Notes under the pieces: generated by a model | Seen by the model: the letters and a program-made list of their open reading frames with translations, nothing else | Told to the model about the DNA's origin: nothing | Databases searched by the model: none | DNA from: Octopus vulgaris | Taxonomy: Eukaryota | NCBI GenBank assembly: GCA_951406725.2 | Contig: OX597815.1 | Span: forward strand, 158,224,001-158,288,000 | Direction: 5' to 3' | Length of the DNA: 64,000 bases | In this document: positions 39,006 to 54,090 of the stretch, in pieces | Layout of the letters: each line of letters starts with the position of its first letter | How positions within the stretch are numbered: position 1 is the stretch's first letter | Made by a program: the position numbers and the translations under genes

Positions 39006-39328
39006 AAAACCTGTTGGCCCATGACCTCTTAAAATATGGAGGGGCACCCATACACCGGCCTTCCTCAATTTTAATATATATCTACACACACAAGCACACC
39101 ACACACACACACACTTTCTAATTTTGGCACAATGCCTCCAGTTTTGAGGGGATGGTACAAGTCAAGGGCATCGATCCCAGAACTCAACCAATACTTATTT
39201 TATCGACCCCGAAAAGATGAATGGAAAAGTCGGAACTCAAAACGTGAATACGCACGAAATGCCGCTAAATGCTATATCCAGAGTGTTAACAATCCTGACA
39301 GGTGCCCTACACACCCACACCCACACAT

Positions 39329-39366
<38 letters not shown>

Positions 39367-39504
39367 ATAAATGTGTGATATATTCAAATATTAATTAATA
39401 TACATAGCATATAAACACACACATCCATGAATGCACAAAGCATTTCATCTTGTATTTAAGATAATATATATATGTATGCACATTATCTCATATCCATAGA
39501 GACA

Positions 39505-39885
39505 CAGGCGCGGCATTTTGGTAAGAAGTTTGCCTCCTCACCACGTTGTTCTGGGTTCAGTCCCACTGCGTGGAGCGTTGTGCAAGTTTCTTCTTAAGCC
39601 TCCGACCAACCAAAGTCTTGTGAAGGGATTTGGAAGAGGGAAACTCAATAGAAGCTCTTCGAATATATATATTGATATCTATATTATATATGTATATGTG
39701 TGTGTGTTTGTTCTCCACCACTGCTTGACAACCGGTGTTGGTGTGTTTGTGACCTGTAACTTAGTGGTGCTTCAAGAAGGCCGCTGGAGTTACCACCAAG
39801 TTAAAAAAAAAATTAAATACTGATGTCGAGTCATTCGAATAAAAATGGTCGCAATCTCATGACTGAAACAAGTAAATGATAAAAG
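39505..39885 (+). mobile_element. Degenerate SINE family A
   Basis: GGTTCAGTCCCACTGCGTGG head and GACTGAAACAAGTAAA tail. Confidence 0.7.
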
Positions 39886-39888
39886 ATG

Positions 39889-39934
<46 letters not shown>

Positions 39935-40112
39935 CACGCACACGCACACACGCACACATATGTAGTTATCTTTAACTATCGCTATATAAGTATGTGTATT
40001 TATATATTTATGTATATGTATGCACGAATGTATGTATATATATGAATATATATTATACATATATGCCATGCGAATATATATATATATATATATATACATA
40101 TACATCCATGCG

Positions 40113-40144
<32 letters not shown>

Positions 40145-40366
40145 CATACATACATACATACATGTGTGTATATATATATATCCATAGGAATGTATAGATA
40201 CATAACCATACGAATATATATATACATATATTTGTATACATATATAAGTATGTGTGTGTGTGCATTTATGTATACTCATATAAAGATGCATACATACTTT
40301 CTCTCTATCTACTTGTATTGTATTTGTAATGTGTATGTAACCTCATGTTAATATACATAAATATTA

Positions 40367-40582
40367 AGGCGGCGAGCTGGCAGAAACGCAACGTTAACAC
40401 GCGGGGCGAAATGCTTAGCAGTATTTCGTCTGTCTATATGTTCTGAGTTCAAATTTCACCGAGGTCGACTTTGCCTTTCATCCTTTCGGATTCGATAAAT
40501 TAAGTACCAGTTGCGTACTGGGATCGATCTAATCGACTAGTCCCCTCCCCCAAAATTTCGGACCTTGTGCCTAGAGTAGAAA
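40367..40582 (+). mobile_element. SINE family B monomer
   Basis: GGCGGCGAGCTGGCAGAAAC...GAGTTCAAATTTC...GACTTTGCCTTTCATCCTTTCGG...AAGTACCAG. Confidence 0.82.
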
Positions 40583-40861
40583 TGAACATACATACACATA
40601 ATATCAGATATATACTTGAGACGTAAATGTGTAAGAGTGTGCATATGTACACGCAATACACATATATACATGTAAATTTGTAGTATGAGATATGGATTCA
40701 TAGTATCCATGTATTCTAATGCAAAGAAGTGTAACGTAGTGTCCAATAGGTGAAACGGCCGTACCCCTAAGGAAGTCAAGTGGTTAAATAAAGATATTCC
40801 CTTGTCATACTGACTTCTTATTGTTTATATTTATGCTTATAAAAGTGTGTATGTATATAAA

Positions 40862-40901
<40 letters not shown>

Positions 40902-40943
40902 TATCTATCTATCTATCTCTATCACTCTCTCTCTCTCTCTCTC

Positions 40944-40990
<47 letters not shown>

Positions 40991-41072
40991 GCGGTGCCCC
41001 AGCATGGCCACAGCTCGTGAGCTGACACTAGAATCAATCAATCATATGTATGTATGTGTGTGTGTGTGTGTA

Positions 41073-41176
41073 CGAGGGGTGTATGAAACGTTTTGAGCCT
41101 TCAAGGCCTTTGAGCCTTGAAGTGTAGTACATTCAGCAGAAGTCTTGGAGGTTCAAGACTCTTCATACATCCCTCG
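41073..41176. mobile_element. 104-bp mariner-derived MITE
   Basis: TA|CGAGGGGTGTATGAA ... TTCATACATCCCTCG|TA. Confidence 0.7.
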
Positions 41177-41342
41177 TATGTATGTGTGTGTGTGTGTACG
41201 TAGGTATATATATAGGATGTGCCACAACCAATTGTACACAGTATCCAACCCGCGAGAGATCGATACAGGATTGGTCAAAACGATCGTTGTGAACAATAAA
41301 ATTTCTCTTACAATTCCATTTTATGTCCGTCTCTATCATTTG

Positions 41343-41379
<37 letters not shown>

Positions 41380-41545
41380 GATGAGTGTGTGTAAAATAAT
41401 ACGCATTTATCTTAAACACACGCACACACCTGCGAGCAGGTATACTGAAATTTCTTGTAACGTATAAAAATACATCTTTGAGCTATATGTACATGTGTCA
41501 TTGTGTATGCGAGTGTCTGTCTGTCTGTCTGTCTATCTGTCTGCC

Positions 41546-41632
<87 letters not shown>

Positions 41633-41809
41633 AGAATATTTATATATATATATATGCATATATAGGGGTATATATATAAAAAAATATACGTATATAAATA
41701 TACACATACTCTCTATGTTTTACTTGTTTGAGCCATTACACTGCTGCCATATATATATATATATATGCATATATAAAAAAATATACGTATATAAATACAC
41801 ACATATTCT

Positions 41810-41975
41810 CTATGTTTTACTTGTTTGAGCCATTACACTGCTGCCATACTGCAGCACCGCCTTGAAAAGTTTTTAGTTTTAACCTGGCACTTATTCTATC
41901 GTTTTTTTTTGTCGAACAGCTAAGTTACGGGGTTGTAAACACATCCACAGCACTTGTCAAGCGGTGGTGGGGGAC

Positions 41976-42029
<54 letters not shown>

Positions 42030-42195
42030 CGACTGGTTTCTTGCAGTTTCTGTCTACTAAGTCCACTCACAAGGGTTTGGGTTGGCCCGAGGCTACTTAA
42101 GAAGACACTCGTCCAAGGTGCCATGCAAGGGTGTAACTGAACCCGGAATCATGTGGTTGGGAAGCTTCTTCTTACGACACAGACACGCCTGCGCC
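41810..42195 (-). mobile_element. SINE family A with a local tandem duplication of its 3' flank (about 41672-41751 and 41770-41848)
   Basis: AAAAAATATACGTATATAAAT...CTCTATGTTTTACTTGTTTGAGCCATTACACTGCTGCCATA appears twice. Confidence 0.7.
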
Positions 42196-42200
42196 TATTC

Positions 42201-42269
<69 letters not shown>

Positions 42270-42276
42270 AACAGAA

Positions 42277-42315
<39 letters not shown>

Positions 42316-42539
42316 AATAAAAAGGGGTTTGTATGATTGTGTATAGGGGGAAGGAATTCCAACTCTGTTTTTTATGTTTTATTTATATTCTTTATAATAT
42401 TAATGTAGAATATATAGTATAAAAAGTATATATAGTAGTATAATGAAATGAAGTATTGATTGTCTTATTGGATAGATGAAATATTGAATATCAAATATTA
42501 AGGGACTAGTATACTTTCTTGCATTTAAGCAGTCTTCAA

Positions 42540-42755
42540 GGTCCCAGGTTGTGACAGGAATGTTTCAACTGTCTGCGTACTGTTGGCGATTTCTTTTCCT
42601 CTTCCCTTCTCTGGATCTTTCCTTCTCCTATGTTTCCGACGAAGAGCTCCGCTCGAAACGTTAAACCCTCTTTCTTTCCTGAGCGTCCAATAATACTATA
42701 TTTGTTCCACGTCCTCACGTTGGTGTGTTTTTTTTGTGCTTTCATGTTTGGATTT
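42540..42755 (+). mobile_element. pLTR-like repeat containing a minimal hammerhead-like motif (42632-42666)
   Basis: GTTT-CCGACGA-A-GAGC tcc GCTC-GAAA-C-GTT^AAAC. A second copy lies on the minus strand at 54915-55125. Confidence 0.65.
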
Positions 42756-43030
42756 ATATATATATATATATATATATAAATCCAAACATGAAAGCACAAA
42801 AAAAACACAATAATCCATGTTAGCATAATGACGATATTCATGTAAATACATACATGCAAATACAGATATACACACACATCTCGCACACACATGTATACAC
42901 ACACATCACACGCACACATGCACACTCATACACACACATACATACATACATACATGCATACATACATGCATACGTACACACATATATGTGTGTGTATGTA
43001 TATATATATATATATATATATATGCATATA

Positions 43031-43079
<49 letters not shown>

Positions 43080-43109
43080 TTATATATATACATGTATATA
43101 TATATATAT

Positions 43110-43170
<61 letters not shown>

Positions 43171-43568
43171 TGTATATGTATATAGCTTGCCAGGCTGATT
43201 TATTCGGGTTACTCAGCCAAACAAGTTGGGTTTCAGTAGGAAGCTTACGAAACATTAAGTTGCAAGGTGCTGAATGAAACTATTTTTAATAATATATTTT
43301 TAATAATATATGTAACTCGTACTAAATGTGTGGACTGCCCCTTTCTTTCGTTTGTAAACTAAACCGTATATGCATATATACATATTAATACACACAGACA
43401 TATATAAAAATACTACCTACACACACGCACACAGACACACACACACAAGAGAGATGCAGAAGTACGTTGATTGATCGATAAATTTACATATAGCTCGAAA
43501 AGTCGTTGGAAGTTGTTTTTATAATTCCGGCATGCATACATCATTATCTCTATCTTTCTCTGTATGTA

Positions 43569-43659
<91 letters not shown>

Positions 43660-44359
43660 TATATATACGTATATAAAAACATATATATACATATATGTAT
43701 AGAGAGAAACATACACATATATATACATATATATATACACACATATATACATACACATACATATATACATATGTATATTCATATATATATATACATATAT
43801 ATATTTACATATTCATACATTTATGTACATATATATACACACATATATATATATATACATACATTTATATACCTATACATTCACATATACATATAGATGA
43901 ATTTAAAGATATATATATATATATCTATACATATATAGATATATATACATACACACACATATACGTACGCATGCATGCGTGTGTGTGTGTATGCGTGCGC
44001 ATGTGTGCGTGTGATGTGTGTGTATACATGTGTGTGCGTGATGTGTGTATATATCTGTATATGCATGTATGTATTTATATGAATATCGTCATTATGCTAA
44101 CATGGATTACTGTGTTCGCCACAGTCGAAGTCAATTATTGGAAACTATCGCTGGTCGTCGTATATGTCTTCCGGATGTTTCTACAGCTGGATGCTCTTCC
44201 TATCGCTAACCACCTTGCACTTATGAATTGGCACCATTACCAGAGCGGTTGAATGAACACATCGGCAATATCGGATGTAATGGATGGAAGGCTATACACT
44301 TCAATATATATATATACACTTCAATATATATATATACACTTCAATATATATATATACAC

Positions 44360-44420
<61 letters not shown>

Positions 44421-44707
44421 GTATGTATGTATGTATGTATGTATGTATGTATGTACGTATGTATGATGTATGTACGTATGTATGTATGTATGTACGTACG
44501 TACGTATGTATGTATGTATATATATATATATATATATATAATTTTAATATATATATATATACGTACGTATGTATGTATATATATATATATATATATGCAT
44601 ATATGTATATATATATGCATATATCTATCTATCTAAATATATATATGCATATATGTATATATATGCATATATATATATCTATCTATATCTATATATATAT
44701 ATATGCA

Positions 44708-44785
<78 letters not shown>

Positions 44786-45106
44786 CATAATAGTGCATAA
44801 TATATTGGAAGGTTTGGAGAAGATGTACAGGTATTTTATATTAGAAGAAATGAGGTACTCAGAAATTCGGATGATTTTATATTTACAGATATTTATTTGT
44901 ATATTACATGTTTTTATACATCATATAACTTAGATGATGTATTAGCGCTTTCTCCCATTCTAGTGGGGTTTTCAAATCGAACTAAGTTCCTGCGTAAAGA
45001 GTTTTGACCATTTTATAGTGTCATTGAGTGTGTAGTGGTGGGGAGGGATATAAGACAGTATAAGAGGGTGATGGATGAGGAGAAAGTGAGAGAGAGAGAG
45101 AGAGCA

Positions 45107-45154
<48 letters not shown>

Positions 45155-45216
45155 TATATTATATATGCATATATATATATATATACATATGTATGCATAT
45201 ATGTATGCATATATGC

Positions 45217-45259
<43 letters not shown>

Positions 45260-45904
45260 TATATATATGTATATATTATGCATGTACAAATCAGTTTATC
45301 TGTCTATCAATATATATCAATGTATATATGTATATGTGTGTATGTACAAATCTGTCTGTCCGTCCGTCCATCCAAGTTATTCATGCATATACAAAAATAT
45401 ACAAATCCGTATGTAAAAATACATACTTGAATGTTAGTATGTATATGAATATGTATGTATTTGTATGAATACACAGGTGTATGAAAATGTATGATGCACA
45501 TACATAAAATTATAAATATATATTCATATGCTTGTATATACGAATATGCATATTTCCATATATATATATTTATATGCATACACGAAAATACACGTGCGCG
45601 CGCACACACGGGCTTTCTGTTACACACCGCGCGCTTTAACGTTTATTAGTTGGAACACTTTCGTGTTAAACGGCGACCTGAGCACCAAGTTGGGACATCC
45701 AAAAAATTAATATTAATAAATTACTTTTGCGTTAAATGTGTTTTGTGTGGCTATACACGTACTCCAGAATATATCTATAGATTTTAGCTGCTACCATGCT
45801 CCTTGTGTCTATATGCATATGTAATTTCACTTACGATTGAATGTGTCGAATGGTAGAGATTTTCGATCAATATATTTAATGGTAATATACACACACGTCT
45901 TACA

Positions 45905-45941
<37 letters not shown>

Positions 45942-45956
45942 GTGTGAGTATGTGTG

Positions 45957-45993
<37 letters not shown>

Positions 45994-46079
45994 GATACCA
46001 TGTGGTTGTGTAAATCTTTTGTAAATTATTGTAAATTATTCACCCTAACAGGTATAACGTGTTGATCCCTCACTTTAAT

Positions 46080-46151
46080 TTACACGCATATAATATATAT
46101 ATATTCATGTATATAATATATATATACATATATGTATGTAATACATATGTA

Positions 46152-46225
<74 letters not shown>

Positions 46226-46309
46226 CAGCGAATGTATATAAATATGTCTTTATATATTCATACATATATATATATATCATATCCATATATATCTCTATAT
46301 ATAAAACTT

Positions 46310-46343
<34 letters not shown>

Positions 46344-46419
46344 AGCATATATGTATAATATATATATGCGTATATCATATATATATATATATATATATAA
46401 ATGCATTTATTTATATATC

Positions 46420-46450
<31 letters not shown>

Positions 46451-46752
46451 AATGCATTTATATTGTATATACATGTATATATATATGTATATAGATATAT
46501 ATATATACATATATATATATGCATATATATATATATATACATATAAATATATATGTATATATACATATATATACATATAAATATATATGTATATATACAT
46601 ATATACATATAAATATATATACATATATACATATAAATATATATACATATATATATATATATATACATATATACATATATACATATAAATATATATACAT
46701 ATATATATATATATACATATATATATACATATATATATACATATATATACAC

Positions 46753-46783
<31 letters not shown>

Positions 46784-46798
46784 CATACATATATATAC

Positions 46799-46859
<61 letters not shown>

Positions 46860-46910
46860 CATATATATACATATATATATATATACATATATATACATAT
46901 ATATATATAC

Positions 46911-46962
<52 letters not shown>

Positions 46963-47000
46963 ATGTATGTATGTATGTATGTATGTATGTATGTATGTGT
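46080..47000. repeat. Compound (TA)n-rich low-complexity field
   Basis: Directly visible. Similar fields at about 34320-34820, 42980-43180, 43630-43960 and 44290-44780. Confidence 0.95.
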
Positions 47001-47094
47001 GTGTGTGTGTGTGTGTGCATATGCATATACATATGTTTATATAAAAGTAATCAAGTTTGTGTCCGGTCATAGATTGACTAATGTTTTCGCATCC

Positions 47095-47146
<52 letters not shown>

Positions 47147-47200
47147 TATACATAAATAAACATACATGAAGGTATATATTACGTACATATATATACACAT

Positions 47201-47245
<45 letters not shown>

Positions 47246-47432
47246 CCACATATATAATACACGTATATGCATATATAGATATACGTATGTAAATGTGTGC
47301 GAGTACATATATGTGTATACACACGCACACACACACACACAGACATAAACATATAGATGCTGGTACATATTACGTAGCTATACGCATATTTACACACACA
47401 CACATATATAGAGATATGCATGCAGTATATAG

Positions 47433-47503
<71 letters not shown>

Positions 47504-47607
47504 ATCTATCTATCTGTCTGTCTGCCTGCCTGTCTATCTGTCTGCCTGTCTCTCTGTCTGTACATAGATATACATACAATATATATTTAGATATAGGTAC
47601 ATACACG

Positions 47608-47646
<39 letters not shown>

Positions 47647-48264
47647 TGTATTGTATGCATGCATAGATATCTGAATATATTTGGTATGTATTTCTCTGTA
47701 TCTATATCTCTCTCTATATAAAGATATACATATATACTATGGCCTAAACCTTAATTTATATAGAAATAAATGTATGTTGTTTCTCTTTCATTTAAAAAAC
47801 CCAAAACAAATTATTTGAAATATATAACCTATGAAATGCAGTCATACATTAAAACTATTTATTCTTTCAAAATAATCTGCTTAGAATAAGGTCTAGAAAG
47901 TTTTGGCTGAACAAATAAAGAACTAATAAAGCCCAGAGTCATATCCATATTATTTACTTAGATTTTGTTATCATCTATATTCTCTCAAAACCCCTTTTAT
48001 TTCGCGTTTCAGTTACAGCACGCAAACACATATACACAGGTGCGCATGTGAACGTGTGATATGGTTAATAATGCATATAATGTATATATATGTTGAAGAG
48101 GTAGCATTTATAACGACGATATATTCTCATACGCATTTTTTTTTATTATATACTTGTGAACCACACATATTTATGAAATACAAACACGCATATGAATATA
48201 TGCGAGCGTGCCTGCGCGTATGTATATATGTGTGTGTGGTGTGTGTGTGTGTTTGTGTGTGTGC

Positions 48265-48305
<41 letters not shown>

Positions 48306-48486
48306 CGAGCGAGCGCGTCGGTGAATGCATGTGAGCATGTGGGTGAATGAACGTGTGTATGTATCATGTACATCTGCAAAGATTGTTTATATGTTAGCAA
48401 ATCGATTTTACTATTCTTTTTTGTTTACTAAACCGGGTAGGTTTGTAGCAAAGTCTGCTGTTTGTTTACGCGAGCACTTTCACAGT

Positions 48487-48489
<3 letters not shown>

Positions 48490-48552
<63 letters not shown>
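48490..48552. repeat. (ATC)n microsatellite
   Basis: Directly visible. Confidence 0.95.
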
Positions 48553-50107
48553 GCCTTGGTCGTCGCTATCGTCGTCTTCATCTTCACTGTCATGTAACGT
48601 TACCGATAACTAAATCCTTAGATTCACTTGTTTGTACTACTTGCTTTACTATATTCTTCGTAAATAATCTTTCTTGATTTATCCACCCAGGCCTGCTTTA
48701 CAAGTAAGTGTATTTGGGCCTCGTGTATGCGATAGGTTTGAAAAGGATTAGGTACCAAGGATTATTTAAGAGTATATAAATAAATATTAAAAAGTAAATT
48801 CCGAATGAGAGATGTCAACCGTTAACAGCGACGAAATTCAACAATCATACTTTTGTTACATGTTTTTATCAAACCATTTCGTTTTGTGTTATTCAGCAGC
48901 TGATGTTAAGTTAGCATTTTTTGTTGTTTAGCTTCATGTTAGCCTTGATCGAGTAGACCTATCTATGATAAAAGGCTTTCCAGACGTGACTTTCTCGTCA
49001 GTTTTTATACTGAAGACTACATTGTCCTAGGTATCTTTCTTCAAAGGCGGTAAGATATAATTTGAAGGATATTGGCTGTTATTTCTAGCAGTCTGAACCG
49101 TCGCATAGAGGCTCCTATGGGTGAGTGCACACTGATCTCCCCAAATATATTTACGTATAAATGAGAATATAACAAAATAACAATATAAAAGTTTGAAACA
49201 TTTTGATTAGTTTGAGTACGTGCAGGTTTTTGTGTGTGTGCGTGTGACCGTTCCTCCATCTGCATATGTCCAAGCGGCTTGCGCGCGAGTGTGGTTTACG
49301 TATATCTAGTCAAGGCTCTTTAAATAAGAATGTGTGCGTGTGTTTGAGAGGTGTATGTGCATCTATTCAAGATTCTTTATATAGGAATGTGTGTATGTGT
49401 TATATTTTCAAGCGTATTTATGAACGGTCTAGACATTTCTGTCATAGTTATTAAACTTTCTACGTTTTATAATGCACTGAATCCATCATTTAATTCTTAA
49501 AACAAGTTGGCAGAATATTTTAAAAGAAAATCTAGCAATATATTTTCTTGTGAATTCGGCTGGATTCCGTAAATCAGTTTTCAATTATTATATACTTTTG
49601 TAATAATTTCTGGCATTTTCCAGTTCTTACCTGACATAAAAGGGGCCAGTTTATAAGCCCTGTTATGAGAAATAAAATGTAAATTTCTTTAAATAGACAA
49701 TGATTATTGTTAAGATATATAAATAAAGGAACGAATTAAATGATTTTGATATTTCGTGACAGTTTTAAAAACTTTTAGCCTGAAAAAAAAAACAACAAAA
49801 AAGCATAGCTATCCAGGCAATGTTATCGATAGATACGTGAATGTTACATTAACCCTGTATCTATCAATCAGCAACAGAGTTCGATTTAAAATCAATTCAA
49901 GCATATTTCGTAAAACAATCTAGTTTATAAACTTTGTTGAATAAACCATACGTTATTTATATATAAACACATGAAGATTTAAACGCGTGAAGATTACTGT
50001 TTGAAGCTTAGAGGCATGCACATATATACATTATGACATGCATCGCGTGTAATATAAAACATTAATAGATAGTTCAGCAAATAATTAAAGTGAGTTATTA
50101 CTCTTAC

Positions 50108-50365
50108 CTTGATGAATGTTTCTTTTATTTTTACTTCAACGTACTCCTCTACGCGCTTTTCATAATCCGTGCACTGTTTCTCTAGTTGCTCAACTCTTGT
50201 TTGTAAAGATGCTAATGTACTGATGTAGCTCCAGGACAGGCCGACCAGAATAACAAGTAAAGTAAATATAATACACGCAGATACCCACTGAACGAGTTTT
50301 CGAAACAGCAATCGATCACGTTCACTTTGATTGCTGTCGGAAGAAGAGACGCGACGTTTCTCCAT
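50108..50365 (-). CDS. First coding exon of a host type II single-pass membrane protein (short cytosolic tail, TM helix, coiled coil)
   Basis: MEKRRVSSSDSNQSERDRLLFRKLVQWVSACIIFTLLVILVGLSWSYISTLASLQTRVEQLEKQCTDYEKRVEEYVEVKIKETFIK is 86 codons. Start context CCAGCATGG, in-frame upstream stop, phase-0 donor AAG|GTAAGA at 50107, non-repetitive sequence. Confidence 0.75.
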
Positions 50366-50680
50366 GCTGGAGAGAAAAGCCTTTTTACTTTACCTTGGCA
50401 TAAGCAGGCAGCCCGGTGTTATAAGACATTCATGAATTGTGTTTAGAGTTTGACAGTTACACTCTTACTTAGCTTCTATAGTGTGCGGAGCATTTCACTC
50501 TCGCCCTCTCTCTCTCCATCAAGTAGTGATTGCCGGCTGCAACCGGGCGAACCGATTTTCTTCGCCGGAAAAGGGGTGTAAAGGATGAAATTACTATTGG
50601 CGCCTGCATCGCTTTTCTAAGCTAGCCCTATCAATAATTGTATCTATTTTCTTTCGCATTAATTAATGGGCCCTACCTTT
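50366..50680 (-). promoter_or_regulatory. Putative 5' UTR or proximal promoter of the membrane-protein gene
   Basis: Repeat-free, locally GC/CpG-richer segment directly upstream of the ATG. Contains a 3-codon in-frame uORF (ATG CCA AGG TAA from 50401) and an acceptor-like TTTTCTCTCCAG just before the ATG. Confidence 0.35.
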
Positions 50681-51006
50681 ACTTCATCGAGTGAGAAATC
50701 TGAGCGTTTGTTGATGTTTTAATAGAAATTGACGTAAATAAGAGAAGTAAAGTTGAGAAACAAGAGAAGCCATAAAACTGCCTGATTCTTGTGAGGAATT
50801 TAAAGTTTGCTGATGCTGTTTATCATCATAAAAAAATATAAAAAAAGAACATTATTTGTTGTAAGTTTAATGTCATTCCGCCTGCTTCGACAATGAATTA
50901 AAAGTTTTATTTTTTTTTTTTACTATGTGATCAAATTTGACATATAATTGAGGATTTCATTTTAAACAACAGCTGATTAAAACTTTAAGAAAGAAGTTTG
51001 TATATT

Positions 51007-51037
<31 letters not shown>

Positions 51038-51163
51038 TATCTTTTATCTTTTACTTGTCTCAGTAATTGGACTGTGGCCATGCTGGGGCACCGCCTTGAA
51101 GGGTTTAGTCGAACGACTCTGCCCTAGTACTTATTTTTCAAGCCTGATACATACATACATGCG

Positions 51164-51212
<49 letters not shown>

Positions 51213-51306
51213 ATATAGATACATGCGTACATATATCGTATATATATATATATATATATACGCACACGTACATACGTACATATATATATATATATGTGCG
51301 TGTGTG

Positions 51307-51344
<38 letters not shown>

Positions 51345-51349
51345 ATTTT

Positions 51350-51557
51350 ATTCTTTTACTTGTTTCAGTCATTTTGGGTGTGGCCATGCAGGAGCACCGC
51401 CTTTTAGTTGAAGAAATCGATCCCTGGGCTTATTCTTTGTAAGTCAGGTACTTATTCTATCAGTTTCTTTTGCTGAACCGCTAAGTTACGGGGACGTAAA
51501 CATACCAAGGTCGGTTGTCAAGCGATGGTGAAGGGACAAAAACACACAAATACATGC

Positions 51558-51638
<81 letters not shown>

Positions 51639-51980
51639 ACAGGCTTCTTTCAGTTTCCGTCTACCAAATCTACTCACAAGGCTTTGGTTGGCCCGAGGCT
51701 ATAGTAGAAGACACTTGCGCAAGGTGCCGCGCAGTGACACTGAACCCAGGATCATGTGGTCGGGAAGCAAGCTTCTTACCACGCAGCCACGCTTGTATGT
51801 ATATGTATGTAATCATGTGTGTGTGTGTGTGTGTGTGTATGTGTTTGCACACGATGGGCCTCCTTCAGTTTTCGTCTACCAAATCCACTCACAAGGCTTT
51901 GGTCGGTCCGGGGCTCTAGTAGAAGACACTTGCGCAACGCTGTCCCCGCGCTGTGGGACTGAACCCGGAACCGTGTAGTT
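51350..51980 (-). mobile_element. SINE family A (51350-51792) plus a second head (51850-51980)
   Basis: Reverse-complement matches to consensus. Another 3' piece lies at about 51040-51150. Confidence 0.8.
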
Positions 51981-52613
51981 GGATTTATTTATATATTTTC
52001 GATCATATTTCATTCCAATATCACCTCTTTAAGTTAAATCTTACTGGATTCGATGTTATCTTTCGTTCTTCCGGGGCCGATGAAATAAAGCACCATTGAA
52101 ATAATAGATTGATTTTATCCAACTACATTTATCCCACCGCCAAAGTTTGTACTCTTGTGCCTGTAGTTAGAAATCAATGGAATTTGTAAAATAAGTACAG
52201 CGAAAGAACCGCTAACGCGTTCGTGTTACTTGCTAGAAATAACAGCTAAATTCCCTCAAATTCCATACTACCATCTTAAATCAGAGAAATACATATCAGA
52301 TAGAGTACACTTCGCAATATACTTTCAAAAACAAGTTCGAATCACGACTAGAATACTTTTGACCAAAGTTTAAGGTTGACATGAAAGTAAATAACAAACA
52401 ACATCGATTTATAATTTTTCAGTTGGATTTTATTAACTTAATTCACTGCAGTTTCACTGTGCACTCCAGTTTTATTTTTGGAGTTTAAAAGTTTTATAAG
52501 AATTATAATGAAAGGGAGAAAGAGCAACAACAACAGCAGCAACAACAATAGCAACGATCTCAAGCTTGTAATTGCTTTCGAAGCCACTTTTCAACTTCTG
52601 ATTTCAAAATGTT

Positions 52614-52666
<53 letters not shown>

Positions 52667-52691
52667 TACGTGAGTTATATGTGTATGTGTG

Positions 52692-52751
<60 letters not shown>

Positions 52752-52843
52752 ATATATACATAATTTATATATATAAAAGAATATATATATAATACATTAT
52801 ATATATAATTTATATATATATATATATGTATGCATATATGTAT

Positions 52844-52880
<37 letters not shown>

Positions 52881-52992
52881 TGTATGTATGTATGTATGTA
52901 TCTGTCTGTCTGCTTGTCTGTCTGTGTGTCTGTCTGTGTGTCTGTCTGTTTGTCTGTATGTATGTATGTATGTATGTATGTATATATATGTG

Positions 52993-53044
<52 letters not shown>

Positions 53045-53163
53045 TAAAAAAATATATAAATAAGCGATATAACGTATACTGAATGTAAAAACGAACGTGA
53101 GACAAACAGAAAGAACAGAAAGTCCATAATCCTTCATCAGTTATCGACCAATGGTACTTTTCA

Positions 53164-53204
<41 letters not shown>

Positions 53205-53218
53205 TGTATATGTGTGTG

Positions 53219-53309
<91 letters not shown>

Positions 53310-53633
53310 ATACACGAACACGTGTGTATATGCATGTGTGCATGTGTGTGTATACATATATATATACATACGTACATAAACACGTATAAAAGGTAGATAA
53401 ACTTCAAGTTAATTTCCCATAACCGTAGAATTTGATAATCGACCCCGCCCCATACTTTGTTGTGTAATTCAGGTTCGATAAAAGGTATTCCAGCCATGAC
53501 CATCCCGCCTTTCAAGATATTTGAATTTTTGGCTGCTATATCTGACAAGTCAAGCGAACACGCTATGTGAGTGGTTATCGTTACGTTGTTCTTTAGCCTT
53601 AGACCAACTCTTGATTGAATAGACATAATTAGT

Positions 53634-53792
53634 AGGCGTAGCTGTGTGGTAAGAAGCTTGTTTGCCAACCACATAGTTCCGAGTTCGGCCCCACTGAGTA
53701 GCACTTTGGGCAAGTGTCTTCTATTATAGTATTGGGCCGACCATAGCCTCGTAACTGGATTTGTTAGACGAAAACTGAAACAAGCCCGTTGC

Positions 53793-53875
<83 letters not shown>

Positions 53876-54059
53876 TAAAAAACAAACAAAAAAAAAGACG
53901 AAGACAGGTGGTGTAGAAAACAAACAGATGTATTAGTATAACGCTCGGGAAGTGAAAAAAGTCTTTAACGTTTCGAGCCTAAGCTCTTCCATAGAAAAGA
54001 ACACAGAAAGAAACAAGGAGAGAAAATAATGTGTAGTGGTTAGCGATCTATCATGGCGA

Positions 54060-54090
<31 letters not shown>

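Noticed and set aside
41215-41300. AAAACGATCGTT palindrome resembling a hammerhead stem III
   Set aside because: Neither the CUGANGA nor the GAAA box is present.
53095-53150. Minus-strand CTGATGAAGGATTATGGAC in pLTR-like context
   Set aside because: The GAAA half is missing; at most a deleted relic.
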